Program-made: the position numbers and the translations under genes | Assembly: GCA_024279095.1 (NCBI GenBank) | Contig: JAJRRY010000157.1 | Coordinates: 2,040 to 66,039 of the forward strand | Origin: Alphaproteobacteria bacterium | GTDB lineage: Bacteria > Pseudomonadota > Alphaproteobacteria > Rhizobiales > Aestuariivirgaceae | Direction of reading: 5' to 3' | Length of the DNA stretch: 64,000 nucleotides | Notes under the pieces: model-generated | The model's input: only the letters and a program-made list of their open reading frames with translations | Database searches by the model: none | Told to the model about the DNA's origin: nothing | Shown here: in pieces, positions 9,248 to 18,778 of the stretch | How positions within the stretch are numbered: position 1 is the first letter of the stretch | How the letters are laid out: the number at the start of each line of letters is the position of its first letter

Positions 9248-9976
9248 TTACAGCAGACCCTTGCGGAAGGCGATGGCCACCGCCTGTGTCTTGTTGGCCG
9301 CCCCGAGCTTCTGCATGGCATTGGAAGTATAGAGCCTCACGGCGGAGACGGAGAGATTGAGGGCCTCGGCCATCTGCGGCCCTGTCTTGCCCTCGGCCGC
9401 CAGCATGAGAACCTCGCGCTCGCGGATGCTCAACTCCACCTCGTCTTCTTCCGCGACCGGAGCACCATCCATGATATTGCACACACGTTGATGAAAGTGG
9501 TGGGCAATCAGATGGAAATTGGCCGCCAGCTCACTGCGCACGGCATACCAGTCACGGTCTTCCATGTCCGTGTTGATGGAAAACAGGGCACGGGCTCCCG
9601 ACGGATCCACGATGGGAAAGGAGATGCCCCGCGGCACGATGCCGTAGGCCTGTGCGCCGCTGCAGATTTCGCGCGCCTTGGGGGTGGCCTCGTTCACCTC
9701 GTCCCAGTCCAGCGGCAGCATGCGCTCGAAGGACGCACGGAAGACGGGATCCACAGTGACGTAACCGCTCATGCGATAACGCCGCATCCAGTTCTCGTCA
9801 TATGTGGAAATCCAGCCTGCACGGCGTGTCGACTCGTTTTTCCCGAGCTTCCAGTAAGAGAGATTGGCGATCCCGTATTTGCGGCGCAGATCGTCCATGT
9901 AACCGTAAGCCTCGTCCATGGACCGAAAGGGGACCGTATCCGCCGAAAAAATATCGTATGCCGTCAACTTCATCAT
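9248..9976 (-). CDS. LuxR-family transcriptional regulator with autoinducer-binding domain (orphan / solo)
   Basis: N-terminal domain keeps W-x3-Y-x8-DP (WMRRYRMSGYVTVDP), PLDW and GISFP, which correspond to conserved AHL-pocket residues. C-terminal HTH is LSIREREVLMLAAEGKTGPQMAEALNLSVSAVRLYTSNAMQKLGA. Start taken at the ATG-ATG (MMKL). Confidence 0.8.
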   Translation of the reverse strand: MMKLTAYDIFSADTVPFRSMDEAYGYMDDLRRKYGIANLSYWKLGKNESTRRAGWISTYDENWMRRYRMSGYVTVDPVFRASFERMLPLDWDEVNEATPKAREICSGAQAYGIVPRGISFPIVDPSGARALFSINTDMEDRDWYAVRSELAANFHLIAHHFHQRVCNIMDGAPVAEEDEVELSIREREVLMLAAEGKTGPQMAEALNLSVSAVRLYTSNAMQKLGAANKTQAVAIAFRKGLL

Positions 9977-10236
9977 GAACTGCCACACCCGCCCGGCGAA
10001 CCCGCATGCCACCAGGCACCCCGTTGATTCTTTCGGAAATCTCTTTCCCCATCCCCTCTGGGAACGTCTATAACAAGGAAACGCTTCCAGCTGGTATACC
10101 TTTTAGGTGCATCCTATATATTGCAACAACTTTCTGGTTCCAAGCCCTTTGGTCAGTTGGTACCAGACGGACTTGCTCCCTGCTCCACAAGCGCATAAAT
10201 CTGGAGGATGAAGCAACATCCAGGGGCCACGGAAGC

Positions 10237-11169
10237 ATGCCGATCAAAATCCCCAACGACCTTCCCGCACGCACCACGCTGGAGCGCGAGGGTGTAATGG
10301 TCATGACGGAGGAAGACGCGATCCGGCAGGACATACGGCCCCTGCGCATCGCCTTGCTCAACCTCATGCCCAACAAGGTGCGAACCGAAACGCAGTTCGC
10401 CCGACTCATCGGTGCCACCCCGCTGCAAGTGGAGATGAGCCTGATTCGCATGAGCGATCACAAGCCGAAAAATACGCCACAGGCACACATGATCGCCTTC
10501 TATCGCTCTTTTCGTGAAGTGGAAAAGTCCGGCGAGAAGTTCGACGGTCTTATTGTCACCGGTGCTCCCGTGGAGCTGCTACCCTTCGAAAAGGTCACCT
10601 ATTGGAACGAACTGCGCCGCATATTCGACTGGACGCAGACACACGTCCATTCCACAATGTGTATCTGCTGGGGGGCGCAGGCTGCTCTGCACCATTTTCA
10701 CGGGGTTCCCAAGCACGCCCTGCCCCGCAAGGCTTTCGGCGTTTTCCGTCATCGCAACCTGAAACCGGCCTCACCGTACCTGCGCGGCTTCTCCGATGAT
10801 TTCTCCATCCCGGTTTCACGCTGGACGGAGGTGCGCATGGCCGACCTGCCGCGCAATCGCGGCCTGGAGGTGCTGATGGAGAGCGACGAGACCGGCCTCT
10901 GCCTGGTGGAGGATCCGGAACATCGCATGCTCTACATGTTCAATCATATCGAATACGATACGACCTCACTGGCCGAAGAGTACTGGCGCGACATGGAAGC
11001 CGGTCGCGACATCCAGATCCCGGCCAACTACTTTCCCGGCAACGACCCCCACGCCACCCCGGAAAATCACTGGCGCTCCCACGCTCATCTGCTGTTCGGC
11101 AACTGGATCAACGAAGTCTACCAGACCACACCCTTCGAGCTGGAAAAGATCGGCACGGGAGAGGCCTGA
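10237..11169 (+). CDS. metA: homoserine O-acyltransferase (MetA family)
   Basis: [47 protein letters not shown] is a canonical MetA N-terminus. Catalytic region CWGAQAAL. Internal ATG at 10237. Confidence 0.9.
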   Translation: MPIKIPNDLPARTTLEREGVMVMTEEDAIRQDIRPLRIALLNLMPNKVRTETQFARLIGATPLQVEMSLIRMSDHKPKNTPQAHMIAFYRSFREVEKSGEKFDGLIVTGAPVELLPFEKVTYWNELRRIFDWTQTHVHSTMCICWGAQAALHHFHGVPKHALPRKAFGVFRHRNLKPASPYLRGFSDDFSIPVSRWTEVRMADLPRNRGLEVLMESDETGLCLVEDPEHRMLYMFNHIEYDTTSLAEEYWRDMEAGRDIQIPANYFPGNDPHATPENHWRSHAHLLFGNWINEVYQTTPFELEKIGTGEA

Positions 11170-11696
11170 TGCGCCGTCTGCTGCTGATGCGGCATGCCAA
11201 ATCGAGCTGGGAGGATCCCGCACTGCCGGATCATGACCGCCCGCTGAACCCCCGTGGCTTGCGGGATGCTGCGCGCATGGGACGCTGGCTGACCCGCGAG
11301 AACTTCCTGCCCGACCGCATTCTGAGCTCTACCGCCAGGCGCGCCCGTCAGACTTGCGAAGTGATGTGCGCCGCACTCCCTTCCGTATCGCCGGAACCGC
11401 TCTTGCTGCCACAGATCTACGAATTCGGCCGCATCCACCCCCTGCTTGACGCCATCGCCAGCCATGGCGGAGAGGCCCGTGTACTGCTCGTTGTCGGCCA
11501 CAACGAGGCCCTGCATGACCTCGCACGACATCTGGCTGACACAGGCTCCGGAAGCGACATGAGCGAGTTGCATCGGAAATTCCCGACCGCCGCCATCGCC
11601 ATCCTGGAATTCGATTGCGAAGACTGGCCTTCCGCTGTGGCCCGGCGCGGCCGGCTCATCCGTTTCATGCGGCCGAAAAGGCTGCAGACAAGCTGA
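11169..11696 (+). CDS. histidine phosphatase family protein, SixA-like
   Basis: RHAKSSW...DHDRPLNPRG motif, 175 aa. Start overlaps the metA stop (TGATG). Confidence 0.7.
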   Translation: MRRLLLMRHAKSSWEDPALPDHDRPLNPRGLRDAARMGRWLTRENFLPDRILSSTARRARQTCEVMCAALPSVSPEPLLLPQIYEFGRIHPLLDAIASHGGEARVLLVVGHNEALHDLARHLADTGSGSDMSELHRKFPTAAIAILEFDCEDWPSAVARRGRLIRFMRPKRLQTS

Positions 11697-11807
11697 AGCC
11701 GTTTCTCGGCACAAGACAAAAATCGATTCCAGTTCCGGCACTTGCACAGAAGTGTTGAATCGTTTCGCCATCTTCCCGCTTCGGGTATAAGAGGGCAGCA
11801 GACAGAC

Positions 11808-13265
11808 ATGCGACGGAAATCCATGAAGAACGTTTCCATCCTTGACGAAGCCAGAAATGCCGCCATCACTCTTGGCGAGCGGATCGGAAACGTCTTCTCA
11901 CCAAGCATCCGTCTGGGCGTGACGGGCCTTTCACGGGCCGGCAAGACGGTCTTCATCACTTCGCTGGTGCACAACCTGCTGCATGACGGTGCCCTGCCCC
12001 TTTTCGAACCTGCACGATCGGGCCGATTGCGGCGTGCGTGGCTGGAACCCCAACCTGATGCTCACATTCCGCGATTTGCCTATGAAGATCACGTGGCGGC
12101 CCTCACTGCCGGCGAGGACCGCCACTGGCCGCAAAGCACCCGGCAGCTCTCGCAACTGCGCCTGACGCTGGAATATGAACCGGCAGGACTGACAGCACGC
12201 TATCTGCGCGGCGGAACCATCCATGTGGATGTCGTGGACTATCCCGGTGAATGGCTGCTCGACCTGCCACTGCTCGACATGGACTATGCGGAATGGTCGC
12301 GATCCGTCATCGAGACCGCCCATACGACCGGCCGCGACATGCATGCCGGCAAATGGCTGGAGCTGGCATCCTCGCTCGATCCGGCAGCTCCGCTGGAGGA
12401 GGAAACGGCCCGGCGGCTGTTCCAGCTCTACCGGGACTACCTCAAGGCCTGCAAGACGCACCCGGGACACTTCTCGGCACTTCAGCCGGGGCGCTTTCTC
12501 ATACCCGGAGACCTCGAGGGTTCACCACTGCTCACCTTCGCCCCCTTGCCACCACCGGAAGAGCGGCCACCGGCAGGCTCCCTGTGGCGCGAGATGGAAC
12601 GCCGCTATCAGGCTTATGTTGCACATGTCGCCCGCCCCTTCTTCTTCGACCATTTCGCCCGCATCGACCGCCAGGTCGTGCTCGTGGACACTCTTACTGC
12701 CCTCAATGCGGGCGCCGCAGCCGTTGCCGACCTGCGTTCGGCTCTTGCATCGGTCTTTGCCTGCTTTCGGACGGGCAGCTCCGGCCTCTTCACCCGCCGC
12801 GCCGGACGCATTCTCTTTGCCGCCACCAAGGCCGACCTCATCCACCACGCGAGTCACGACCGACTGCGCAGCATCCTAGCGCTTCTCGTGGAGGACGCCG
12901 CCAGACGCGCGGAGTATTCCGGAGCACGAATCCGCACCGAGGCCATGGCCGCAATTCGCGCCACGCGCGAAGGTACTGCCAGGCATGAGGGAGAGGAACT
13001 GCCGGTCATCATCGGCATTCCGGAGAAGGGAGAAGAGATTGCCGGCCAGGTTTTCGACGGCAGAACGGAAGCCGCCATTTTCCCCGGAGATCTGCCAGAG
13101 GATCCCCGCAAGGCGCTCGACGGCTCTCTGGAAGGACGCCTGAGGTTCGTACGCTTCCGCCCACCGAAAATCCACCCACCACGACCGCTGGAAAAGGCCG
13201 ATGCCTTCCCGCATGTACGGCTGGACGCAGCACTCCAGTTTCTCCTCGGAGAGGATCTTGCATGA
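11808..13265 (+). CDS. YcjX-like P-loop protein (DUF463)
   Basis: RLGVTGLSRAGKTVFITSLVHNLL matches the YcjX N-terminal Walker A region. Start could be ATG 11808 or 11823. Followed by the ycjF-like partner. Confidence 0.75.
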   Translation: MRRKSMKNVSILDEARNAAITLGERIGNVFSPSIRLGVTGLSRAGKTVFITSLVHNLLHDGALPLFEPARSGRLRRAWLEPQPDAHIPRFAYEDHVAALTAGEDRHWPQSTRQLSQLRLTLEYEPAGLTARYLRGGTIHVDVVDYPGEWLLDLPLLDMDYAEWSRSVIETAHTTGRDMHAGKWLELASSLDPAAPLEEETARRLFQLYRDYLKACKTHPGHFSALQPGRFLIPGDLEGSPLLTFAPLPPPEERPPAGSLWREMERRYQAYVAHVARPFFFDHFARIDRQVVLVDTLTALNAGAAAVADLRSALASVFACFRTGSSGLFTRRAGRILFAATKADLIHHASHDRLRSILALLVEDAARRAEYSGARIRTEAMAAIRATREGTARHEGEELPVIIGIPEKGEEIAGQVFDGRTEAAIFPGDLPEDPRKALDGSLEGRLRFVRFRPPKIHPPRPLEKADAFPHVRLDAALQFLLGEDLA

Positions 13266-14305
13266 CCCGCGCCCGCAAACCCAGAGCCTTCGTCATGGAA
13301 CCGGAGAAGGATGCCACCGGCAAGGAGGATGCGCGCGTGCGTGCACCGCAGGCCCTGCCCGCCGGGGTGGTCGTCCGGGAAACGCCGGAACCACCGGCGC
13401 AGATACCGGAAGCAGAGGACATGCGCAGGGCGGAAGGCGGCCTGCGCAGAGCATTCCGCTGGGGGAAAGTTCTGGTCGTCTCGCTGTCCGGACTTCTGGC
13501 CATGTGGAGCGGAACAGTGCTCTATGGCATGGTCGAAGAGCTCTTTGCCCGCTCGCCTGTGCTCGGCTGGGCGACAACCGGCCTGCTGGCACTGGCCGCC
13601 ATTTCTGCCCTGGCCATGGTGGCACGGGAATTGTTCGGACTCTTCCAGCTGTCGCGCATCACCCGGCTACACGAAGAAGCCGCGGCAGCCCTCACCGCCA
13701 ATGACGAGGCGACCATGCAAGAGGTGCTGGACCGGTTGCAAGCACTCTATGCGGGGCGTCCGGACATGCGCTGGCGACTGGAACAATTGCAGGCGCACGA
13801 GGAAACCATCATGCATCCGCAGGAGCGGCTGGCCTTGGCCGAACGCGAACTGTTGGAACCGCTGGATGCGGAAGCCGCACGCATCATCGCCACCACGTCG
13901 CGTCAGGTCGCCGTCATGACCGCTCTCATTCCCATGGCCACGCTGGACATGGCCCTTGTGGCGACGCGCAACCTCACCATGCTGCGCCGGCTTGCCACCC
14001 TGTACGGCGGCCGTCCCGGCCTGTTCGGCGGATTGAAGCTGGCCCGCCTGGTCATGACCCACATTGCCCTGACCGGTTCCCTGGCGCTGACGGATACGCT
14101 CGTCCAGAACGTGCTTGGCAAGGGACTCGCCGGGCGGCTTTCCGCACGCTTCGGGGAAGGCGCCGTGAATGGCATTCTTACCGCCCGGGTGGGTATTGCC
14201 ACCCTCGGGCTGGTCCGCCCCCTGCCCTTCCGTGCGGCTCCGGCTCCGAAACTCGCCGATTTCGCCCGCGGAATTTTTGAACGGGCGGAGAAGACGGTTT
14301 CCTGA
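13262..14305 (+). CDS. YcjF-family membrane protein (DUF697/TIGR01620-like)
   Basis: ATGA overlap with the ycjX-like gene. Two central TM helices, then a conserved C-terminal region (ATTSRQVAVMTALIPMATLDMALV...). Confidence 0.7.
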   Translation: MTRARKPRAFVMEPEKDATGKEDARVRAPQALPAGVVVRETPEPPAQIPEAEDMRRAEGGLRRAFRWGKVLVVSLSGLLAMWSGTVLYGMVEELFARSPVLGWATTGLLALAAISALAMVARELFGLFQLSRITRLHEEAAAALTANDEATMQEVLDRLQALYAGRPDMRWRLEQLQAHEETIMHPQERLALAERELLEPLDAEAARIIATTSRQVAVMTALIPMATLDMALVATRNLTMLRRLATLYGGRPGLFGGLKLARLVMTHIALTGSLALTDTLVQNVLGKGLAGRLSARFGEGAVNGILTARVGIATLGLVRPLPFRAAPAPKLADFARGIFERAEKTVS

Positions 14306-14329
14306 ACAGTTCCGCAGGATGCCCGGACC

Positions 14330-15550
14330 TCACTCCGCCGCATGAGGGGCCCGGCTCATGCCCAGCAAAGTCTCCCGCCCAGGCTCGGGTCGATGCGGAA
14401 TCAGCAGTGCCAGCAGCAGGGAAAGTCCGGCGATACCAGCACCGAGCAGGAAGACCATGGAAGGGTTTTGCAGCCAGATCAGACCGAAAATCACCGGAAT
14501 GACAACGGCGGCAATATGGTTGATCGAGAAGGCCACGCCTGCAGTAGGAGCAATGTCGCGCGGATCGGCGATCTTCTGGAAATAGGTCTTCAGTGCCAGA
14601 GCCCAGGAGAACAGGGCATGATCTGCGATGTAGAGGCCGGCCGCGATCCATGGATCCGTGACAAAGGCATAGGAGACGAAAACAAGGATCAGACCCGCAT
14701 ATTCGAAGATCAGAGCCCGGCGCTCGCCCCAGCGCCCCACAAGCGCCCCCACCTTGGGCATGATGAAGACGTTCATCAGGGCGTTGATCATGAACAGCGC
14801 GGCAATGCCAGCGACGGAGAAATGGAATTTCTCCACCATGAGAAAACCTGCGAAGACGATGAAAATCTGCCGTCTGGCGCCAGCTAGGAAAGTCAGCAGG
14901 TAATACAGCCAGTAACGTCGGCGCAAAAACAGATGCGTATGCTGCTTCACCTCGGCTTCGAAGCGGGGAAAGGCCAGCCACAGATAGATCACCAGAGCCA
15001 GCCCCAGACCACCACCGATCAGATAGACTCCCACGAAATCCAGTTTCAGCCATTTCCACAGCAGGAAAATCACGCCGTAGGAGACGATGGAAGCAGCGGA
15101 GCCGGCGGCGAATATTCTGCCCAGCAGCTGCGGGGCCCTGTCCTTCGGCAGCCACTGGAGGGACAGGGACTGGTTCATCGTCTCGTAGTAGTGAAAACCG
15201 AAGCTCATCAGCATGGTGATGGCGTAAAGTCCCAAGGTAAAGGGCACGAACCCAGTAAAGGCCACACCTGCGGTGAGAAACAGCAATGCCAGCAACGCGA
15301 AATTCTGCTCGCGAATGAACAGCAGCCAGCCCACCGCCGTAAAGGCCAGCAGGCCGGGCACTTCACGCAGGGACTGGAGAATTCCGATTTCGCGACCGGT
15401 GAAATTTGCCTGCTCGATTGCGAAATTGTTGAGAAGACTGCCCCACGTGGCGGCAGAAATGCCATTCACTACCGCCATGAGCATCAGGAAAATGACGGGA
15501 GAACGCCAACCGGCTGCGTCGGACAGTCTGATGGTGGTGCGTCTGCTCAT
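14330..15550 (-). CDS. MFS transporter
   Basis: 406 aa with about 12 hydrophobic helices and an ATG start. Confidence 0.7.
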   Translation of the reverse strand: MSRRTTIRLSDAAGWRSPVIFLMLMAVVNGISAATWGSLLNNFAIEQANFTGREIGILQSLREVPGLLAFTAVGWLLFIREQNFALLALLFLTAGVAFTGFVPFTLGLYAITMLMSFGFHYYETMNQSLSLQWLPKDRAPQLLGRIFAAGSAASIVSYGVIFLLWKWLKLDFVGVYLIGGGLGLALVIYLWLAFPRFEAEVKQHTHLFLRRRYWLYYLLTFLAGARRQIFIVFAGFLMVEKFHFSVAGIAALFMINALMNVFIMPKVGALVGRWGERRALIFEYAGLILVFVSYAFVTDPWIAAGLYIADHALFSWALALKTYFQKIADPRDIAPTAGVAFSINHIAAVVIPVIFGLIWLQNPSMVFLLGAGIAGLSLLLALLIPHRPEPGRETLLGMSRAPHAAE

Positions 15551-15621
15551 GATGTCATTCCCAAAGGACGTGAACGGGCATCATTAGCGCAGGACAGCGA
15601 GGGGCTCAAATCTCCGAAATG

Positions 15622-16047
15622 TCAGCGGACGCAAATCCACGCGCCGGACAGCGCCGCAGGAATGGCGCCGATGACCCAGAGCCACAGTGCCCAGCGAGGC
15701 AATACGGGCTGCCACCTTTCCATGAATACCGTGAACAGCAGGGACAGCAGCCCCATGATTCCGGCATTCAGCCAGGGAGCGGAAATGGTCGCGCAGGCAG
15801 TGACGTATCCGCCCAAGGCATTCACCAGCAGGGAGATCATCACAAGTCCGAACAGAAAATGGGTATCGGAGATATTTTCCAGATAATACCGGGCAAACTC
15901 TTCGTCAGACATGTCGCGCCCGGCCACTTCTTCGTCGGAAGCGATGGAAACGCCAGTCACTACCGCAAGAACGATACCTATAACGAAGCTGAGCCCCACG
16001 GAAACGGCAAGCCCCCAGAAAATCGCACTCACACTGATGGAATCCAT
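15622..16047 (-). CDS. small integral membrane protein, unknown function
   Basis: 141 aa with 4 predicted TM helices and an acidic loop. The opposite-strand ORF 15619-16050 looks like low-complexity junk. Confidence 0.5.
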   Translation of the reverse strand: MDSISVSAIFWGLAVSVGLSFVIGIVLAVVTGVSIASDEEVAGRDMSDEEFARYYLENISDTHFLFGLVMISLLVNALGGYVTACATISAPWLNAGIMGLLSLLFTVFMERWQPVLPRWALWLWVIGAIPAALSGAWICVR

Positions 16048-16178
16048 TGACCTGCCCGGTGCCGTTCGCTGATCGATTGCAGAAACCGCCCTGCTGCGTA
16101 GCTTGACAGAACCGCAACCTTTTCGGCAATGCGCGACATCGACAGCGGATTGTCAAGAGATCGCAGAGGATTTTTGCC

Positions 16179-17459
16179 TCAGAGGTGCAGATTCATGTCC
16201 GGTCGCCAACCGCCAGCCTTCACACGCAGACCTCTCGGCAACCTCTCCACTGTTCGGCGCAGCAGGGGGCGGAAATGGCAGAGATAGCTCTCGCCAAGGA
16301 TACGACCAGCCATCGTCAGCGGCAGGAAGTACTCGCGTACTGGCTCCACAGCAGAGCTCCAACTCTTTTTGTGATCCGCAACCGGAACCAGAAGATCGAA
16401 AACGTCCATGCCATCGCACAGCGCCTGTTTCTGCGAAAGGTCCATGTGCAGGCGCATGGGCGAAGAACGGGTCAGTGTCCGCTCGTGAGCGGTTATGTAG
16501 CCGTAATGCCGCCTCTTGAAGCGAAAGCCCAGCTCCCAGGAAATCCGGTGCTTTCCTGCCCGCATGCAGGAAATGACCATGCGCAGGCCTTCGCCCTCCC
16601 CGTCCGCAGGAAGGCGGGAAAGAAACTCCACGAAGCGGGGGCTGGCAAGCGGACGGGACATGAGTCCCTTTGCCGTCAGCCAGGCACGTTTCTCTTCGAC
16701 AAGCCTCTCGATATTCTCGCAGATCTCTTCGCCGGCTGACACAAAACCGAATGTCAGTTTCTCACCGAACGTCTTTTCGAGTGACTTGCGGATTCGCTTT
16801 CGCCGCCGACGCTGTTCCTTCGTATAACGTTTCTCGTAGGCCTCCACGGACGGAAATTGCGTCAGGTCCATCCATGGCGCCCCGTCCTGCCAGGCAGCCC
16901 GGCGAAAGAATGTCTCCAGAAACGGTGCAGCCCGCGCATCATCACGCACATGCCTCAGGCGGACAATATCTACCCGGCCGTGATCGCGAATGGCCTGAAA
17001 CGCCCGTTCCATGGCCACCTCCAGAGAGGCGCCCTCAAGTGCGGTCAGAACGTCACCGTACTGGGAGAAGGGATCCGAAAACCAGCTCAGGGCCCGCAGT
17101 GGCCCCAGCCGGCAACGCATCAACGGCCACAGCAGAACAAGCCGGCCGGCACGGCGGACAGCGATGATGAACGGTGTCACCCCATCGTCCCGCTCAAGGA
17201 ACGTTCGCCCCCACGCAAGACACCAGTCCACACTCTGAAAGGCATGTACATTATCACCATGCGTCTGCTCGAAGCACCGCCATTCCGCTTCCAGCCGCTC
17301 CATGCCGGCGAGGGATGTCACGATATCCACACCCCATCCATCCAACCCACTGTCCGGAACATCGCTGCTTTTCTCACCGGCCCCGGACAGAATCGGCGCA
17401 GCTCCGGAAAAGCCTTTCGGAGCCCCCTCGAGACCATGAATGATGGGATATGAGGTCAT
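16179..17459 (-). CDS. GNAT/CelD-like acetyltransferase (FemAB-type fold)
   Basis: 426 aa. General resemblance to the BioF2-like / cellulose-biosynthesis CelD family (WRCFEQ..., FVEFLSRL..., GFRFKRRHYGY). Recognition is moderate. Confidence 0.5.
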   Translation of the reverse strand: MTSYPIIHGLEGAPKGFSGAAPILSGAGEKSSDVPDSGLDGWGVDIVTSLAGMERLEAEWRCFEQTHGDNVHAFQSVDWCLAWGRTFLERDDGVTPFIIAVRRAGRLVLLWPLMRCRLGPLRALSWFSDPFSQYGDVLTALEGASLEVAMERAFQAIRDHGRVDIVRLRHVRDDARAAPFLETFFRRAAWQDGAPWMDLTQFPSVEAYEKRYTKEQRRRRKRIRKSLEKTFGEKLTFGFVSAGEEICENIERLVEEKRAWLTAKGLMSRPLASPRFVEFLSRLPADGEGEGLRMVISCMRAGKHRISWELGFRFKRRHYGYITAHERTLTRSSPMRLHMDLSQKQALCDGMDVFDLLVPVADHKKSWSSAVEPVREYFLPLTMAGRILGESYLCHFRPLLRRTVERLPRGLRVKAGGWRPDMNLHL

Positions 17460-17650
17460 GTCCAGTCCGTTAACCTGATGGGCGACGCTGCGGAAAGGTT
17501 GTGATCACGAAGCTGTCATATAATGATTGTCGTTTTCTTACCAAAAGCTCCGAAATGCCGCATGGCGGTACAGACATTCGTACTTTAATATATATTCGTA
17601 TGGGAATATGAGCGGATGTGCCCGTATTTTCAGCAATGGAGGGAACGACC

Positions 17651-18316
17651 ATGAGAAAGGCACTGGCTGCAGCAGGATGTCTGCTGCTCGCATTTGTCGC
17701 ACCCGCAGCTGCAGCAGAGGACGCAAAGGCCGCTTCAGAGCACAAGTTCGAGAAGGCTGCGAAGTATTATGCGGAATGCAAGAACGCATCGAAGAAGGAA
17801 TTCGACGAAATCCGTCCATATCTCAAGGCCTTCACGGATTCCGAAGTGATGGCGGAGACGATGAACGACCCGGAGCGTTTCTTCCGACTGATGGAGATCG
17901 TCAATGATCCACGCACGATCCACGTCATGATGAACTGCTCTCTGGAACCGGTGATGTGGGACACGTGGATGCGTGGCCTCACCGATTTTCCAAAGCTCTG
18001 GAACGCCAGCGTGAAACTGATGAACCCGCAGGGCATGGTGAAATGGATGATGGCGCCCATGAACCCGAAAATCTGGGGCTCGATGATGCGGCACATGGAA
18101 CCGCAGCGCTATGTCCGATGGGCTTCGGCATTTACCAATGAGGACTTCTACAAACCTCTTACCAGTTTCCTGGATACCGACTGGTACGAGCCACGGCTTG
18201 CCTGGCTCGTTGACCCTCAGTCCTATGCGCCGCTCTATCAGGCTCTTCAGGTTCCGGGATTGTCCGCGCCCACCGAAAGCGGCACGGACACGAAAGCGGA
18301 GACGCGAAACGACTGA
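17651..18316 (+). CDS. periplasmic Met/Trp-rich hypothetical protein
   Basis: GGAGGG SD and signal peptide MRKALAAAGCLLLAFVAPAAAAE. The mature part is unusually rich in M and W (MMNCSLEPVMWDTWMRG..., MNPQGMVKWMMAPMNPKIWGSMMRHMEPQRY). Confidence 0.6.
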   Translation: MRKALAAAGCLLLAFVAPAAAAEDAKAASEHKFEKAAKYYAECKNASKKEFDEIRPYLKAFTDSEVMAETMNDPERFFRLMEIVNDPRTIHVMMNCSLEPVMWDTWMRGLTDFPKLWNASVKLMNPQGMVKWMMAPMNPKIWGSMMRHMEPQRYVRWASAFTNEDFYKPLTSFLDTDWYEPRLAWLVDPQSYAPLYQALQVPGLSAPTESGTDTKAETRND

Positions 18317-18353
18317 TCCTCCCTGAGCAGACTTGCCCGCATGCAGCACACGT

Positions 18354-18375
18354 GCCCGCATGCGGGCCTTTTCTT
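18354..18375 (+). terminator. intrinsic terminator
   Basis: GCCCGCATGCGGGC palindrome followed by CTTTTCTT, 38 nt after the stop at 18316. Confidence 0.6.
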
Positions 18376-18408
18376 GACCAGCGTTATGCATGGTGACATA
18401 TTACGGTC

Positions 18409-18777
18409 ATGTCCGAAAACGACAGGGACAGCAGGAAGACCTCTCCCTACCGGCTGCACGGGCGGGTATGGATCGACGGTCCGGAAGGCACCTTTCTCGG
18501 GTACGGCCGCGTCGTCCTTCTGGAGCGCATCCGCGAGCACGGCTCCATATCCGCAGCGGCCCGGTCCATGAACATGTCCTACCGCCATGCCTGGGATCTC
18601 GTGGAATCCATGAACCGGCAGGCCCCTGCTCCTCTCGTGATCTCCCGTACAGGTGGCCGCGGGGGCGGCGGCGCTTCTCTCACGGAAGCCGGAGAGCGGG
18701 CGGTCCGGCTGTTCCGAAACGCATGGGACGCCTACAAGACCTTCGAGAAGGAATATTCACGAAATCTGCGGTTCTGA
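18409..18777 (+). CDS. ModE-like winged-helix regulator, N-terminal DNA-binding domain only
   Basis: 122 aa. GRVVLLERIREHGSISAAARSMNMSYRHAWDLVESMN...GGRGGGGASLTEAGE is the ModE N-domain signature. No Mop/TOBE domain. Sits directly upstream of modABC. Confidence 0.75.
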   Translation: MSENDRDSRKTSPYRLHGRVWIDGPEGTFLGYGRVVLLERIREHGSISAAARSMNMSYRHAWDLVESMNRQAPAPLVISRTGGRGGGGASLTEAGERAVRLFRNAWDAYKTFEKEYSRNLRF

Positions 18778-18778
18778 C

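Noticed and set aside
10013-10236. SAM-II riboswitch in the metA leader
   Set aside because: I could not locate the conserved SAM-II features (GAUUU...GCUU...AAAGCU pseudoknot elements). This needs a covariance-model search before any claim.
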